64,000 nucleotides of DNA, from the NCBI GenBank assembly GCA_934249325.1, contig CAKQKW010000006.1:3491-67490 (forward strand). The letters run 5' to 3'. The notes beneath the pieces are model-generated. The model was not told where the DNA came from. It searched no databases and saw nothing but the letters and a program-made list of their open reading frames with translations. A program made the translations under genes and the position numbers. The stretch comes from an uncultured Clostridia bacterium (GTDB lineage: Bacteria; Bacillota; Clostridia; Christensenellales; Borkfalkiaceae). This document shows, piece after piece, positions 37,583 to 46,925 of this stretch (positions within the stretch are counted from its first letter, which is position 1; every line of letters begins with the position of its first letter).

Positions 37583-39337
37583 ATGGCAAATAAAAAGGCT
37601 GAAACGGTTAAAGAAGAAGTAAAAACTGATACCATAAAAGAAAAATCGACCGCTAAAACGAAAAAGCCCGCAACGGCAAAGGTCGCGACGGCAAAAGCAG
37701 CGACGGTAAAAGAGGCGGCGGTGAAAAAAACCGCGGTAAAAACTGAAGAGAAAAAAACCGCAACCCCCAAAACGACGAAAAAGACGGAAGCCCCTAAAGT
37801 CGCCGCTAAGAAGCCGACGGCGAAAAAGACGGAGAAGGTCGCGGAGAAAGAGACTAAGGTAATACCCGAGGCGACGGCTGAAAGCGTAAAGATGACGGTA
37901 ACTCCCGTGAACTCGGTATTGTTCGTCGCAAGCGAGTCCAACCCCTTTGCCGGAACGGGCGGACTTGCAGACGTAATCGCATCGCTTCCTAAAACGCTTG
38001 CGGAAAACGGTAAATACGATATAAAGGTCGTTATGCCGTTGTACGGAGATATTCAGAGCTCTTATAGGGAGCAAATGAGGTTTTTGATGAATTTCAACGT
38101 TCCGCTTGCGTGGAGAAATCAGTATTGCGGAGTGTTCAGTCTCAAAAAAGACGGCGTAACGTTTTTCTTTATAGATAACGAATATTACTTCAAGAGAAAC
38201 GGATTATACGGCTTCTACGACGACGGAGAGAGGTTTGCGTTCTTCTCGAAAGCGGTACTCGAAATGATGAGACACCTTGATTATTACCCCGAGATCTTGC
38301 ATTGTCACGACTGGCAGACGGCTCTTTCGATAATTTATCTTAAAACGTTGTTCGCCAATCAGTACGGTTACGACCACATAAAAACCCTTTTTACCATTCA
38401 TAACATAGAATATCAGGGGAAATTCGGCTACGAGTGTTTAGGCGATTTGTTCGGGCTGCCCGATTACGCAAAAGAAATTCTCGACTACGACGGTTGTTTG
38501 AACCTTATGAAAGGAGCGATTCAGTTGTCCGACAGATTTTCGACCGTAAGCAGAATGTACGCTAACGAAATCAAAAACGCGTTCTTTGCTCACGGATTGC
38601 AATACGCCGTCTGCTCGAATGAGTATAAACTCTGCGGAATTTTAAACGGTATAGATCAGACGGTATATAATCCCGAGACGGACGACAAACTTTTCAAAAA
38701 TTACAACGCCGACGACCTTGCGGGCAAAAAAGTATGCAAAAGAGAACTTCAAAGAATGCTTAATCTGCCCGAAAGAGAAGACGTACCCCTTATTTCGGTT
38801 ATATCGAGACTTGTGCCTGCCAAGGGGCTTGATCTCGTGAAATGCGTTTTTGAAGAACTTCTTTCCGAGGACGTTCAGGTAGTTATTCTCGGTAAAGGCG
38901 AAGCGGCGTATGAAAATTATTTCAGACAGACCGCCGAAGCGTATTCGGGTAAGTGCAGAACGCTTATCGCGTACAATAAAGATTTGGCAAGCAAGATTTA
39001 TTCTGCTTCCGATATTTTCCTTATGCCCTCGAAGCAGGAACCGTGCGGACTTTCTCAGATGATCGCATGCAGATACGGCGCGGTACCGATTGTCAGAGAA
39101 ACGGGTGGGTTGTATGACAGTATAATTCCTCACAACGACGGCTCGAGAACGGGCGGAAACGGTTTTACGTTTAAAAACTACAACGCGCACGAAATGCTTT
39201 ACGTTATAAAGGACGCTATTTATACCTACGGAAATAAGGAAGAGTGGGCGAAAATAGTTAAAAACGCTATGACAACCGATTTCAGTTGGGAAAAATCGGG
39301 ACTCGAATATGAAAAACTGTACGACGGAATGCTTTGA
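37583..39337 (+). CDS. glgA: Glycogen synthase (ADP-glucose type) with a ~103-aa Lys/Ala/Thr-rich N-terminal extension
   Basis: The core starts at 'VLFVASESNPFAGTGGLADV', and 'PSKQEPCGLSQM' is present. A strong AAGGAG SD lies 8 nt before ATG 37583. An alternative internal ATG at 37892 has only a weak SD. Confidence 0.9.
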   Translation: MANKKAETVKEEVKTDTIKEKSTAKTKKPATAKVATAKAATVKEAAVKKTAVKTEEKKTATPKTTKKTEAPKVAAKKPTAKKTEKVAEKETKVIPEATAESVKMTVTPVNSVLFVASESNPFAGTGGLADVIASLPKTLAENGKYDIKVVMPLYGDIQSSYREQMRFLMNFNVPLAWRNQYCGVFSLKKDGVTFFFIDNEYYFKRNGLYGFYDDGERFAFFSKAVLEMMRHLDYYPEILHCHDWQTALSIIYLKTLFANQYGYDHIKTLFTIHNIEYQGKFGYECLGDLFGLPDYAKEILDYDGCLNLMKGAIQLSDRFSTVSRMYANEIKNAFFAHGLQYAVCSNEYKLCGILNGIDQTVYNPETDDKLFKNYNADDLAGKKVCKRELQRMLNLPEREDVPLISVISRLVPAKGLDLVKCVFEELLSEDVQVVILGKGEAAYENYFRQTAEAYSGKCRTLIAYNKDLASKIYSASDIFLMPSKQEPCGLSQMIACRYGAVPIVRETGGLYDSIIPHNDGSRTGGNGFTFKNYNAHEMLYVIKDAIYTYGNKEEWAKIVKNAMTTDFSWEKSGLEYEKLYDGML

Positions 39338-39363
39338 TATTCCGTAAATAAGGAGATTTACTA

Positions 39364-41799
39364 ATGGGAGCGACTACTGAAATTACTCCGAAAGAAATGA
39401 AAGACGTGATAAGCGGAAAACTTTCGAGATACTTCGGCGTATCTATCAAGGAAGCGACGACGGAACAGATGTATAAAGCCGTTGTTATGTCCGTAAGAGA
39501 TATTCTGCTCGAAAAGAGGAACGCTTATCACTATAAGACGAAAGCGGCGAAAGCGAAAAGAGTATACTATTTATGTATGGAATTTTTGCTCGGGAGATCG
39601 CTTAAAAACAACGTTTATAACCTCGGTATAGAAGAGCAGGTCGGAAAAGTTTTAAAGACTAAGGGTCTGGCTTTGGAAGACCTGTATGAACTCGAACCCG
39701 ACGCGGGACTCGGTAACGGCGGTCTCGGAAGATTAGCGGCATGTTTTATGGACGCTTTGGCAACGGGAAATTATCCGGCAATGGGCTATTCAATAAGGTA
39801 CGAATACGGTCTTTTCAAACAAAAAATCGTAGACGGCTGGCAGACCGAACTTCCCGACGTGTGGCTTCCCGGCGGCGAAGTGTGGCTTACGCCTCGTTCG
39901 GATATGGCGGTAAGAGTTAAATTCGACGGTAAAATATCGGAAGAATGGACGGGTAGCGGAATGAAAATCAACCATACCGACTATATGGAAGTCGAGGCTG
40001 TTCCATACGATATGATGATTTCGGGCAAAAATTCGGAAGCGGTTTCCGTTCTGAGACTGTGGGCGGCGAAAAGCGTCAGAAATTTCGATATGAACTCGTT
40101 TTCCGAGGGCGATTACGTCAGGTGTATGCAGGAGGATAACGAAGCCGAACTTATATCCAAGGTGCTTTATCCGTCCGACAATCACTCGGAGGGTAAATCT
40201 TTAAGGCTTAAACAGCAGTATTTCCTCGTTTCGGCGACTTTGCAGAATATCGTAAACGAGCATCAGAGAAGATACGGCGATTTGCATACTCTTCCCGATA
40301 TGGCGGCTATCCATATCAACGACACGCACCCCGCGCTTTGTATTCCCGAACTTATGAGAATACTCATGGACGAGCATGGTTTCGGTTGGGACGAGTCGTG
40401 GGATATAGTTAAAAGGACGGTCGCATATACCAACCATACGGTTATGAGCGAGGCTTTGGAGAAATGGAACGAAGATCTCGTCGAGAGAAGATTGCCGAGA
40501 ATACATTCCATAATCAAGGAAATAAATCAAAGATTTTGCGGTCAGATGTGGGATAAGTTCCCGGGGGACTGGGATAAAATCGAAAGAATGTCGATATTGT
40601 CACACGGACAGGTCAGAATGGCTAATCTTTCGGTAGTCGCATCGCACACCGTAAACGGGGTATCGAAACTTCACAGCGAAATAATCAAGAACAGTATTTT
40701 TAAGGACTTTAATGACGCTTATCCCGAAAAGTTCACGAACGTGACGAACGGTATCGCGCACAGAAGATGGCTTTGTCAATCCAATAAAGAACTTACGGAA
40801 CTTCTTTGCGAATGTATCGGCGACGGTTTCGTTTTGGACGCGAGCGAACTTCGTAAGTTTAAAAAATTCGAAAACGACGAAGGCGTTTTAACAAGACTTG
40901 CCGAGATAAAGAAGATTAAAAAGGGTCAACTCGCGTCGTACGTTTATAAAAAGAGCGGAATAACCATTTCTCCCGATTCGATTTTCGACGTTCAGGCGAA
41001 GAGGCTTCATGAGTACAAACGTCAACTTTTAAACGCAATGTATATAATCAATTTGTACAATGCGTTAAAAGAGAACCCCGATCTCGACGTAATTCCCAAG
41101 ACTTTCATCTTCGGAGCGAAAGCCGCGCCGGGGTATTATATGGCGAAGAGAATAATAAAACTCCTTTGTTCTATTGCAGACGATCTGAGAAAGAACCCCG
41201 ACAAACGTATAAGGGACAAACTGAGCGTAGTTTACCTCGAAGATTACAACGTTACCATGGCTGAAACGCTTATGCCCGCGACCGAAATTTCAGAGCAGAT
41301 TTCCACGGCGGGAAAAGAAGCGAGCGGCACGGGTAATATGAAGTTTATGATAAACGGCGCGCTTACGATAGGAACTCTGGACGGCGCGAACGTAGAAATG
41401 AGAGAGTCTGTCGGAGACGAGAATATATTTATATTCGGTATGAACGCAAAACAGGTCGAAGACCTGTGGAAACACGGCTACGACGCGTGCGCATTCTACA
41501 ATAACAACGTTGTGTTACAAAAGGTTATAAATTCGTTAAAGGCGGGTTTTGCCGGCGAGAAGTTCGACGATATAGCGAATTATCTCCTCACTAACACTCC
41601 TATCGCCGACCCGTATATGTGTATGGCTGATTTCAGTGATTTCCTCGCTATCCACGATAAAGCGGATAAGACGTACAAGGACGCGTTGAAATGGAATAAA
41701 ATGTCTCTTAACAATATTGCGGGCGCGGGAATATTCTCCGCAGACAGAAGCATAAAGGAATACGCGGACAGAATCTGGGATCTTAAACAAATCAGATGA
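39364..41799 (+). CDS. glgP: Glycogen/maltodextrin phosphorylase
   Basis: 'EPDAGLGNGGLGRLAAC' is present, as is the PLP site 'EASGTGNMKFM.NGA'. Confidence 0.9.
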   Translation: MGATTEITPKEMKDVISGKLSRYFGVSIKEATTEQMYKAVVMSVRDILLEKRNAYHYKTKAAKAKRVYYLCMEFLLGRSLKNNVYNLGIEEQVGKVLKTKGLALEDLYELEPDAGLGNGGLGRLAACFMDALATGNYPAMGYSIRYEYGLFKQKIVDGWQTELPDVWLPGGEVWLTPRSDMAVRVKFDGKISEEWTGSGMKINHTDYMEVEAVPYDMMISGKNSEAVSVLRLWAAKSVRNFDMNSFSEGDYVRCMQEDNEAELISKVLYPSDNHSEGKSLRLKQQYFLVSATLQNIVNEHQRRYGDLHTLPDMAAIHINDTHPALCIPELMRILMDEHGFGWDESWDIVKRTVAYTNHTVMSEALEKWNEDLVERRLPRIHSIIKEINQRFCGQMWDKFPGDWDKIERMSILSHGQVRMANLSVVASHTVNGVSKLHSEIIKNSIFKDFNDAYPEKFTNVTNGIAHRRWLCQSNKELTELLCECIGDGFVLDASELRKFKKFENDEGVLTRLAEIKKIKKGQLASYVYKKSGITISPDSIFDVQAKRLHEYKRQLLNAMYIINLYNALKENPDLDVIPKTFIFGAKAAPGYYMAKRIIKLLCSIADDLRKNPDKRIRDKLSVVYLEDYNVTMAETLMPATEISEQISTAGKEASGTGNMKFMINGALTIGTLDGANVEMRESVGDENIFIFGMNAKQVEDLWKHGYDACAFYNNNVVLQKVINSLKAGFAGEKFDDIANYLLTNTPIADPYMCMADFSDFLAIHDKADKTYKDALKWNKMSLNNIAGAGIFSADRSIKEYADRIWDLKQIR

Positions 41800-43610
41800 C
41801 GATATATTTTAACCCCTTGTCCGAAGAATATAAAAGCGTAACGGGCGCGATTTCGGACAGGGAAGAACTGTTTCTCGCCGTTAAAATAACAGGCGGCGAG
41901 AAATGCAAACTGCATTTGTTCTCCGACGAAAACGGAGAAGAAACAGTTTTCGATATGGAAAAAAGAGACGAATTATTCGCCGTAAAACTTCCCGCATTAA
42001 AAGCAGGGCTGTACTTTTACTGTTTCGTCTCGGACGGTGTGAAAATAGGAAAGAGTTATTTCGGCTTCGGCGAAATCCAAGACGACGTTCGGAAGTTCCA
42101 ACTTCTCGTTTACGACTACCGCTATTTCTACCCCGAGAACTTTTTGGGTAAAGTTATGTATCAGATTTTTCCCGACAGGTTCGCAAGAGCGGAAGGATTC
42201 GGAAACCCGGACGGCAAAAGGATCAGAAACGATTGGGGCGGCATGCCCGAGTATCTGCCCGACGAAAACGGCAAGATAAAAAACGACGATTTTTTCGGCG
42301 GCAACTTCGAGGGTATACGAAGAAAAGCGGAATACTTAAAGGAACTCGGGATAGACTACGTTTACTTAAATCCCGTATTGAAAGCCTATTCCAATCACAG
42401 GTACGATACGGGCGATTATATGCGTTTCGACGAGTTGTTGGGAAGCGAAAACGATTTTTCATCTCTCGTAAAAACTTTCAAAAAATTCGGTATTACCTTG
42501 ATTTTTGACGGTGTTTTCAATCATACGGGCGACGATAGCGTATACTTTAACAAGTATGGAAATTATCCGTCTGTAGGCGCGTATCAATCGAAAGACTCTC
42601 CGTACTACGACTGGTACGTCTTTAAAAATTATCCCGACGATTACCTTTCGTGGTGGGGTATAACCGTACTTCCGACTATAAATAAAAAAGCGGTAGAGTT
42701 CGAGGACTTCATCGCGGGCGAGGGCGGCGTACTGGATAAGTACATGTCGTTAGGTTTCGGAGGCGTAAGGCTCGACGTTGTGGACGAGATTTCTGACGAG
42801 TTCGTCAGAAAGATAAGAGAGAGAATAAAGAGTTACGGCGACGATAAAGTCTTAATCGGCGAAGTGTGGGAAGACGCTACGAATAAAATAGCCTACGATA
42901 AGCGGCGTAAGTATTTTCAGGGCGGCGAACTCGACTCAGTAATGAATTATCCGCTTAAAGACGCGATAATCGAGTACGTTATAAACGGCGACGCTCTTAC
43001 TCTTTTTAAAGTTGTAAGGGAGCAGACGGACAATTATCCTTATTTTGCTTTAAACTCGCTTATGAACATACTCGGAACGCACGATACGCCGAGAATACTC
43101 ACCGTACTCGGCAAAAGAGGAGTATTGAAGCAAACGCGAGCCGAAATGGCAGACGAAAAACTCACGGATGCCGAACTGAAAGAGGGGAAGCGGATGCTTA
43201 AATGCGCGTCGCTTTTGCAGTTTACTTTGTACGGCGTTCCGTGTATTTACTACGGCGACGAACAGGAAATGCAGGGAAATAAAGACCCGTTCAACAGAAA
43301 GTGCTTCGTCGAAAGCGACGATAAAGAACTGTTCGTGTGGTACTCCGATTTGTCGAAATTGAGACGCTCGTTCTCGTGTTTTGCGGCGGGAAGAACCGAA
43401 GACGTCGTGGTTGACAAAGGCTTCTTTTCCTTTTCGAGAAACGACGGAAAGACAAAAGTTTACGTCGCGGTAAATTGCGGGATAAACCCCGTGGATTTAA
43501 AGTTCGACGGCGATATATACGAAGTTACGAGAAACGTAAAACTTTCAAAAATTCGTTTAAACACCTACGATTTTGCAGTGTTTTACAAAACGGGGAAACA
43601 GAAGCGGTGA
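41796..43610 (+). CDS. GH13 alpha-glycosidase (neopullulanase/cyclomaltodextrinase-like)
   Basis: GH13 motifs 'DGVFNHTG', 'GGVRLDVVDE', 'IGEVWED' and 'LGTHDTPR' are present. A 4-nt overlap joins it to glgP. Confidence 0.8.
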   Translation: MTIYFNPLSEEYKSVTGAISDREELFLAVKITGGEKCKLHLFSDENGEETVFDMEKRDELFAVKLPALKAGLYFYCFVSDGVKIGKSYFGFGEIQDDVRKFQLLVYDYRYFYPENFLGKVMYQIFPDRFARAEGFGNPDGKRIRNDWGGMPEYLPDENGKIKNDDFFGGNFEGIRRKAEYLKELGIDYVYLNPVLKAYSNHRYDTGDYMRFDELLGSENDFSSLVKTFKKFGITLIFDGVFNHTGDDSVYFNKYGNYPSVGAYQSKDSPYYDWYVFKNYPDDYLSWWGITVLPTINKKAVEFEDFIAGEGGVLDKYMSLGFGGVRLDVVDEISDEFVRKIRERIKSYGDDKVLIGEVWEDATNKIAYDKRRKYFQGGELDSVMNYPLKDAIIEYVINGDALTLFKVVREQTDNYPYFALNSLMNILGTHDTPRILTVLGKRGVLKQTRAEMADEKLTDAELKEGKRMLKCASLLQFTLYGVPCIYYGDEQEMQGNKDPFNRKCFVESDDKELFVWYSDLSKLRRSFSCFAAGRTEDVVVDKGFFSFSRNDGKTKVYVAVNCGINPVDLKFDGDIYEVTRNVKLSKIRLNTYDFAVFYKTGKQKR

Positions 43611-44296
43611 AAAACGTTTACGAAGAGACGATCGACAAACTGAAATCGTGTGCCGACGAGAAATACAAGAAGTTCAACGACAGGATTCTGATGACGAAAA
43701 GCGTTACTCTCGGCGTGAGGATTCCGATCGTAAGGCAAATAGCGAAAGGCATACCTATTGATAAAATCGAGGAATATTTGTCGCTATGCGAGTTTCGGTA
43801 TTACGAAGATACGCTTGTATACGGTTTTCTTTTATGCCGACTTACATTCGAGGAGACGCTTTCGAGAAAGGACGGGTATCTCGCTCGCTGCGATTGCTGG
43901 GCGAGTATAGATACGTTCGTTCCGATGATGAAGGTCGATAAGAAAGACAGGGAGAGGTTTTTCGATTTCGTCAAAGAAAATATAAAAGGCTCGGAAGGGT
44001 TTTACCTGCGGTTTTATCTCGTATCGCTTATGGACTTTTATTTGGACGAAGACCATATCGACGAGGTTTTGAAAATAGCGGAAGAGTACGACGGAAAGGG
44101 GTACTATAACGACATGGCTATCGCATGGCTCGTTTCGGTCGCGTTCGTGAAATTCAGGGATAAGACCATGGAATTTTTAAAAGACAATAAACTTTCGGCG
44201 TTCACGCAGAATAAGTCCATATCGAAAATAAGCGATTCATTCAGAGCGACGAAAGAAGACAAAGAATATCTGAAACAAAATTTGAGGAAGAAATAA
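43607..44296 (+). CDS. DNA alkylation repair protein family (HEAT-like repeat, AlkD/AlkC-related family)
   Basis: 'KYKKFNDRILMTKSVTLGVRIPIVRQIAK' resembles the DNA_alkylation family. The start is inferred at GTG 43607 (a GTGA overlap with the GH13 stop), because upstream codons of the track ORF overlap GH13. Confidence 0.6.
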   Translation: MKNVYEETIDKLKSCADEKYKKFNDRILMTKSVTLGVRIPIVRQIAKGIPIDKIEEYLSLCEFRYYEDTLVYGFLLCRLTFEETLSRKDGYLARCDCWASIDTFVPMMKVDKKDRERFFDFVKENIKGSEGFYLRFYLVSLMDFYLDEDHIDEVLKIAEEYDGKGYYNDMAIAWLVSVAFVKFRDKTMEFLKDNKLSAFTQNKSISKISDSFRATKEDKEYLKQNLRKK

Positions 44297-46470
44297 TGGA
44301 TATTTTAAAGCAGATTACAGAAGAATTCAAATTGAGAGACGAACACGTCAAGAACATCGTTTCGCTTCTCGACGAGGGAAATACGATACCGTTTATTGCC
44401 CGTTACAGAAAGGAGATGACGGGACATATCGACGATCAGGTATTAAGAGAGTTTGCCGACAGGCTTACTTATCTCAGAAATATCGAGAAACGTAAAGACG
44501 AAGTTACGAAGTCGATAGAAGAGCAGGGAAAAATGACGGAAGAAATAGCCGCCGCTCTTTCCGCAGCCGAAACTCTGACCGAGGTCGAAGACATTTACAG
44601 GCCGTACAAGCAGAAGAGAAAGACGAGGGCGACGGTCGCCATCGCGAAAGGCTTGGAACCCCTTGCGGATATTCTTTTAAAACAGGACGTAAAAAACGGA
44701 ACCGCGGAAGAACTCGCAAAGCCGTTCGTAAACGAGGAACTCGGAGTCAAAACGGCGAAAGAGGCTTTGGCGGGAGCGGAAGATATTATCGCGGAAAGAA
44801 TATCGGACGACGCGGAACTCAGAAAGAAACTACGCAGAATTTATCTTAAAAACGGCGAAATTTCCACGAAAATACAGAAAGCCGAAGAAGACGGAGCGAA
44901 GACTTACGAAATGTACGCCGACTACTCGGAACCCGTTTCCGAGATTAAATCGCACAGGGTACTTGCCATAAACAGGGGCGAGGAGGAAGGATATCTCAAA
45001 GTCAAGGTCGCAATCGACGAGCAGTTTGCAATAAGGGTTTGCGAGATAGGTTTCGTAAAGGAAGGCAGCGTTACCACCGATTGCGTTAAAGACGCCGTTG
45101 CGGACGCGTACAAAAGACTTATTCAGCCGTCGATTGAAAGGGAGATAAGAAATTACCTCACCGAAAACGCTCAGGAACAGGCGATAAAAATGTTCGACGT
45201 AAATCTGAGACCTCTTTTAATGCAACCGCCCGTTAAGGATAAAGTCACCATGGGCTTCGACCCCGCGTACAGAACGGGCTGTAAAATCGCGGTCGTGGAC
45301 GGCACGGGCAAAGTACTCGACACTACGGTCGTTTACCCCACGCCGCCGCAGAGCAAAACGGAAGAAGCGAAAGCGGCGTTGAAAAAACTCATAGACAAAT
45401 ATTCCGTCGACGTTATCTCGATAGGTAACGGCACGGCTTCAAAGGAGTCCGAGATTTTTGTTTCCGATATGGTCAAAGATTACGGCGGAAAAGTCGGGTA
45501 CGTCGTCGTAAACGAAGCGGGAGCGTCCGTTTATTCGGGTTCGCCGCTTGCGGCTAAGGAATTTCCGCAGTACGACTTAACTCTTCGTTCGGCGATTTCT
45601 ATCGCGAGGAGACTGCAAGACCCCCTTGCGGAACTTATAAAAATCGACCCAAAGGCGATAGGCGTGGGACAGTATCAGCACGATATGCCGCCCGCAAGGC
45701 TCGACGAGGTGTTGGACGGCGTTTTGGAAGATTGCGTAAACAGCGTAGGCGTGGATTTAAACACGGCAAGCCCGTCGCTCCTTTCCCACGTTGCGGGACT
45801 CAATTCGGGAATTGCGGCGAACATAATTGCGTACAGAGAAGAGAACGGCAAGTTCAGCGCGAGAAAGCAACTTCTTAAAGTTCCCAAACTCGGCGCGAAG
45901 GCTTACGAGCAGTGCGCGGGCTTTTTGAGAATAAGGGACGGCAAAAATATACTCGACAATACGGCGGTACACCCCGAATCTTACGAAGCGACCGAAAAAC
46001 TCCTCGCTCTTTTCGGATATACCGATAAAGACGTCGAAATGAGAAAACTCGACAAACTTCCCGAACAGATAAAAAAATACGGCGAAGCGAAAGCGGCGGA
46101 AGAGTGCGGACTCGGCGTTCTGACTATGAAAGATATAGTTTCGGAACTTTTAAAGCCGGGCAGAGACGTGAGAGACAGTCTGCCGAAGCCCGAACTTCGT
46201 TCGGATATAATGGACATCAACGACCTTGTCGTAGGAATGGAATTAAGCGGAACGGTAAGAAACGTTATCGATTTCGGAGCGTTCGTAGATATCGGCGTTC
46301 ATCAGGACGGACTTGTGCATATATCCGAAATATCGGACAATTACGTTAAACACCCGTCGGACGTTTTGAAAGTCGGTCAAAGCGTAAAGGTCAGAGTAAT
46401 ATCCGTAGACGTCAAGAAAAACAGAATAGGTCTTTCGATGCGTAAGTCACCCGAAAAAAAGAATTCGTGA
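44296..46470 (+). CDS. tex: Tex-like transcription accessory protein (YqgF/HhH/S1 domains)
   Basis: 'IPFIARYRKE.TG' is present, and the C-terminal S1 domain reads 'G.V..V..FGAFVDIG.HQDGLVHISE'. Confidence 0.9.
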   Translation: MDILKQITEEFKLRDEHVKNIVSLLDEGNTIPFIARYRKEMTGHIDDQVLREFADRLTYLRNIEKRKDEVTKSIEEQGKMTEEIAAALSAAETLTEVEDIYRPYKQKRKTRATVAIAKGLEPLADILLKQDVKNGTAEELAKPFVNEELGVKTAKEALAGAEDIIAERISDDAELRKKLRRIYLKNGEISTKIQKAEEDGAKTYEMYADYSEPVSEIKSHRVLAINRGEEEGYLKVKVAIDEQFAIRVCEIGFVKEGSVTTDCVKDAVADAYKRLIQPSIEREIRNYLTENAQEQAIKMFDVNLRPLLMQPPVKDKVTMGFDPAYRTGCKIAVVDGTGKVLDTTVVYPTPPQSKTEEAKAALKKLIDKYSVDVISIGNGTASKESEIFVSDMVKDYGGKVGYVVVNEAGASVYSGSPLAAKEFPQYDLTLRSAISIARRLQDPLAELIKIDPKAIGVGQYQHDMPPARLDEVLDGVLEDCVNSVGVDLNTASPSLLSHVAGLNSGIAANIIAYREENGKFSARKQLLKVPKLGAKAYEQCAGFLRIRDGKNILDNTAVHPESYEATEKLLALFGYTDKDVEMRKLDKLPEQIKKYGEAKAAEECGLGVLTMKDIVSELLKPGRDVRDSLPKPELRSDIMDINDLVVGMELSGTVRNVIDFGAFVDIGVHQDGLVHISEISDNYVKHPSDVLKVGQSVKVRVISVDVKKNRIGLSMRKSPEKKNS

Positions 46471-46476
46471 ATTTTC

Positions 46477-46505
46477 TTGACAAATCTTTCAAAAGTTGAT
46501 ATAAT
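46477..46505 (+). promoter_or_regulatory. Consensus sigma-70-type promoter for acpP
   Basis: TTGACA (46477-46482), an exact 17-nt spacer, then TATAAT (46500-46505). Confidence 0.7.
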
Positions 46506-46561
46506 CGCATCGTTAAAGCAGAATTGTTTTTTCGTAAACATAAAACGGAGGAAACGTAGTA

Positions 46562-46792
46562 ATGGATACAATGGAAAAAGTTGTTACGCTTTTAAGCGAA
46601 CAATTAGGAGTAGATAAAGATACGATAAACGCAGGCAGCGATGTGGTAAAAGACCTCGGCGCGGACTCTATCGACGTCGTTCAGTTGCTTATGGCGATGG
46701 AAGACGAGTTCGGCGTTACCGTTACGGAGGACGACGCGAGCAATCTTAAAACGGTAGAAGATATCGTCTCGCTTATCGATAATCGCAAATAA
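46562..46792 (+). CDS. acpP: Acyl carrier protein
   Basis: The protein is 76 aa with the 'DLGADSIDVVQLLMAMEDEFG' phosphopantetheine-attachment motif. A GGAGGA SD lies upstream. Confidence 0.9.
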   Translation: MDTMEKVVTLLSEQLGVDKDTINAGSDVVKDLGADSIDVVQLLMAMEDEFGVTVTEDDASNLKTVEDIVSLIDNRK

Positions 46793-46806
46793 AATTTCAT
46801 AAATTT

Positions 46807-46842
46807 TCGCTCGGCGTGAAAGTCGGGCGAATTTTTTATTTT
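46807..46842 (+). terminator. Rho-independent terminator after acpP
   Basis: The stem 'tcgctcggc/gtcgggcga' (including G-U pairs) is followed by 'attttttatttt'. Confidence 0.6.
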
Positions 46843-46857
46843 ATAAATAAAATACGC

Positions 46858-46886
46858 TTGAAAATCATGCCGCTATATGTTATAAT
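46858..46886 (+). promoter_or_regulatory. Putative promoter for ftsK with extended -10
   Basis: TTGAAA (46858-46863), a 17-nt spacer, then TATAAT (46881-46886) preceded by TGT (a TGnTATAAT extended -10). Confidence 0.6.
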
Positions 46887-46925
46887 AAGAACATAGAAAT
46901 AAGCGTACGGGCGAGGTGAGTGGAA

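Noticed and set aside
37600-37860. The repetitive-looking DNA in the glgA 5' region, considered as a tandem repeat or CRISPR-like array.
   Set aside because: The repetition is at the amino-acid composition level (K/A/T codons) and has no regular DNA period or spacer structure. It is in frame with glgA behind a strong SD.
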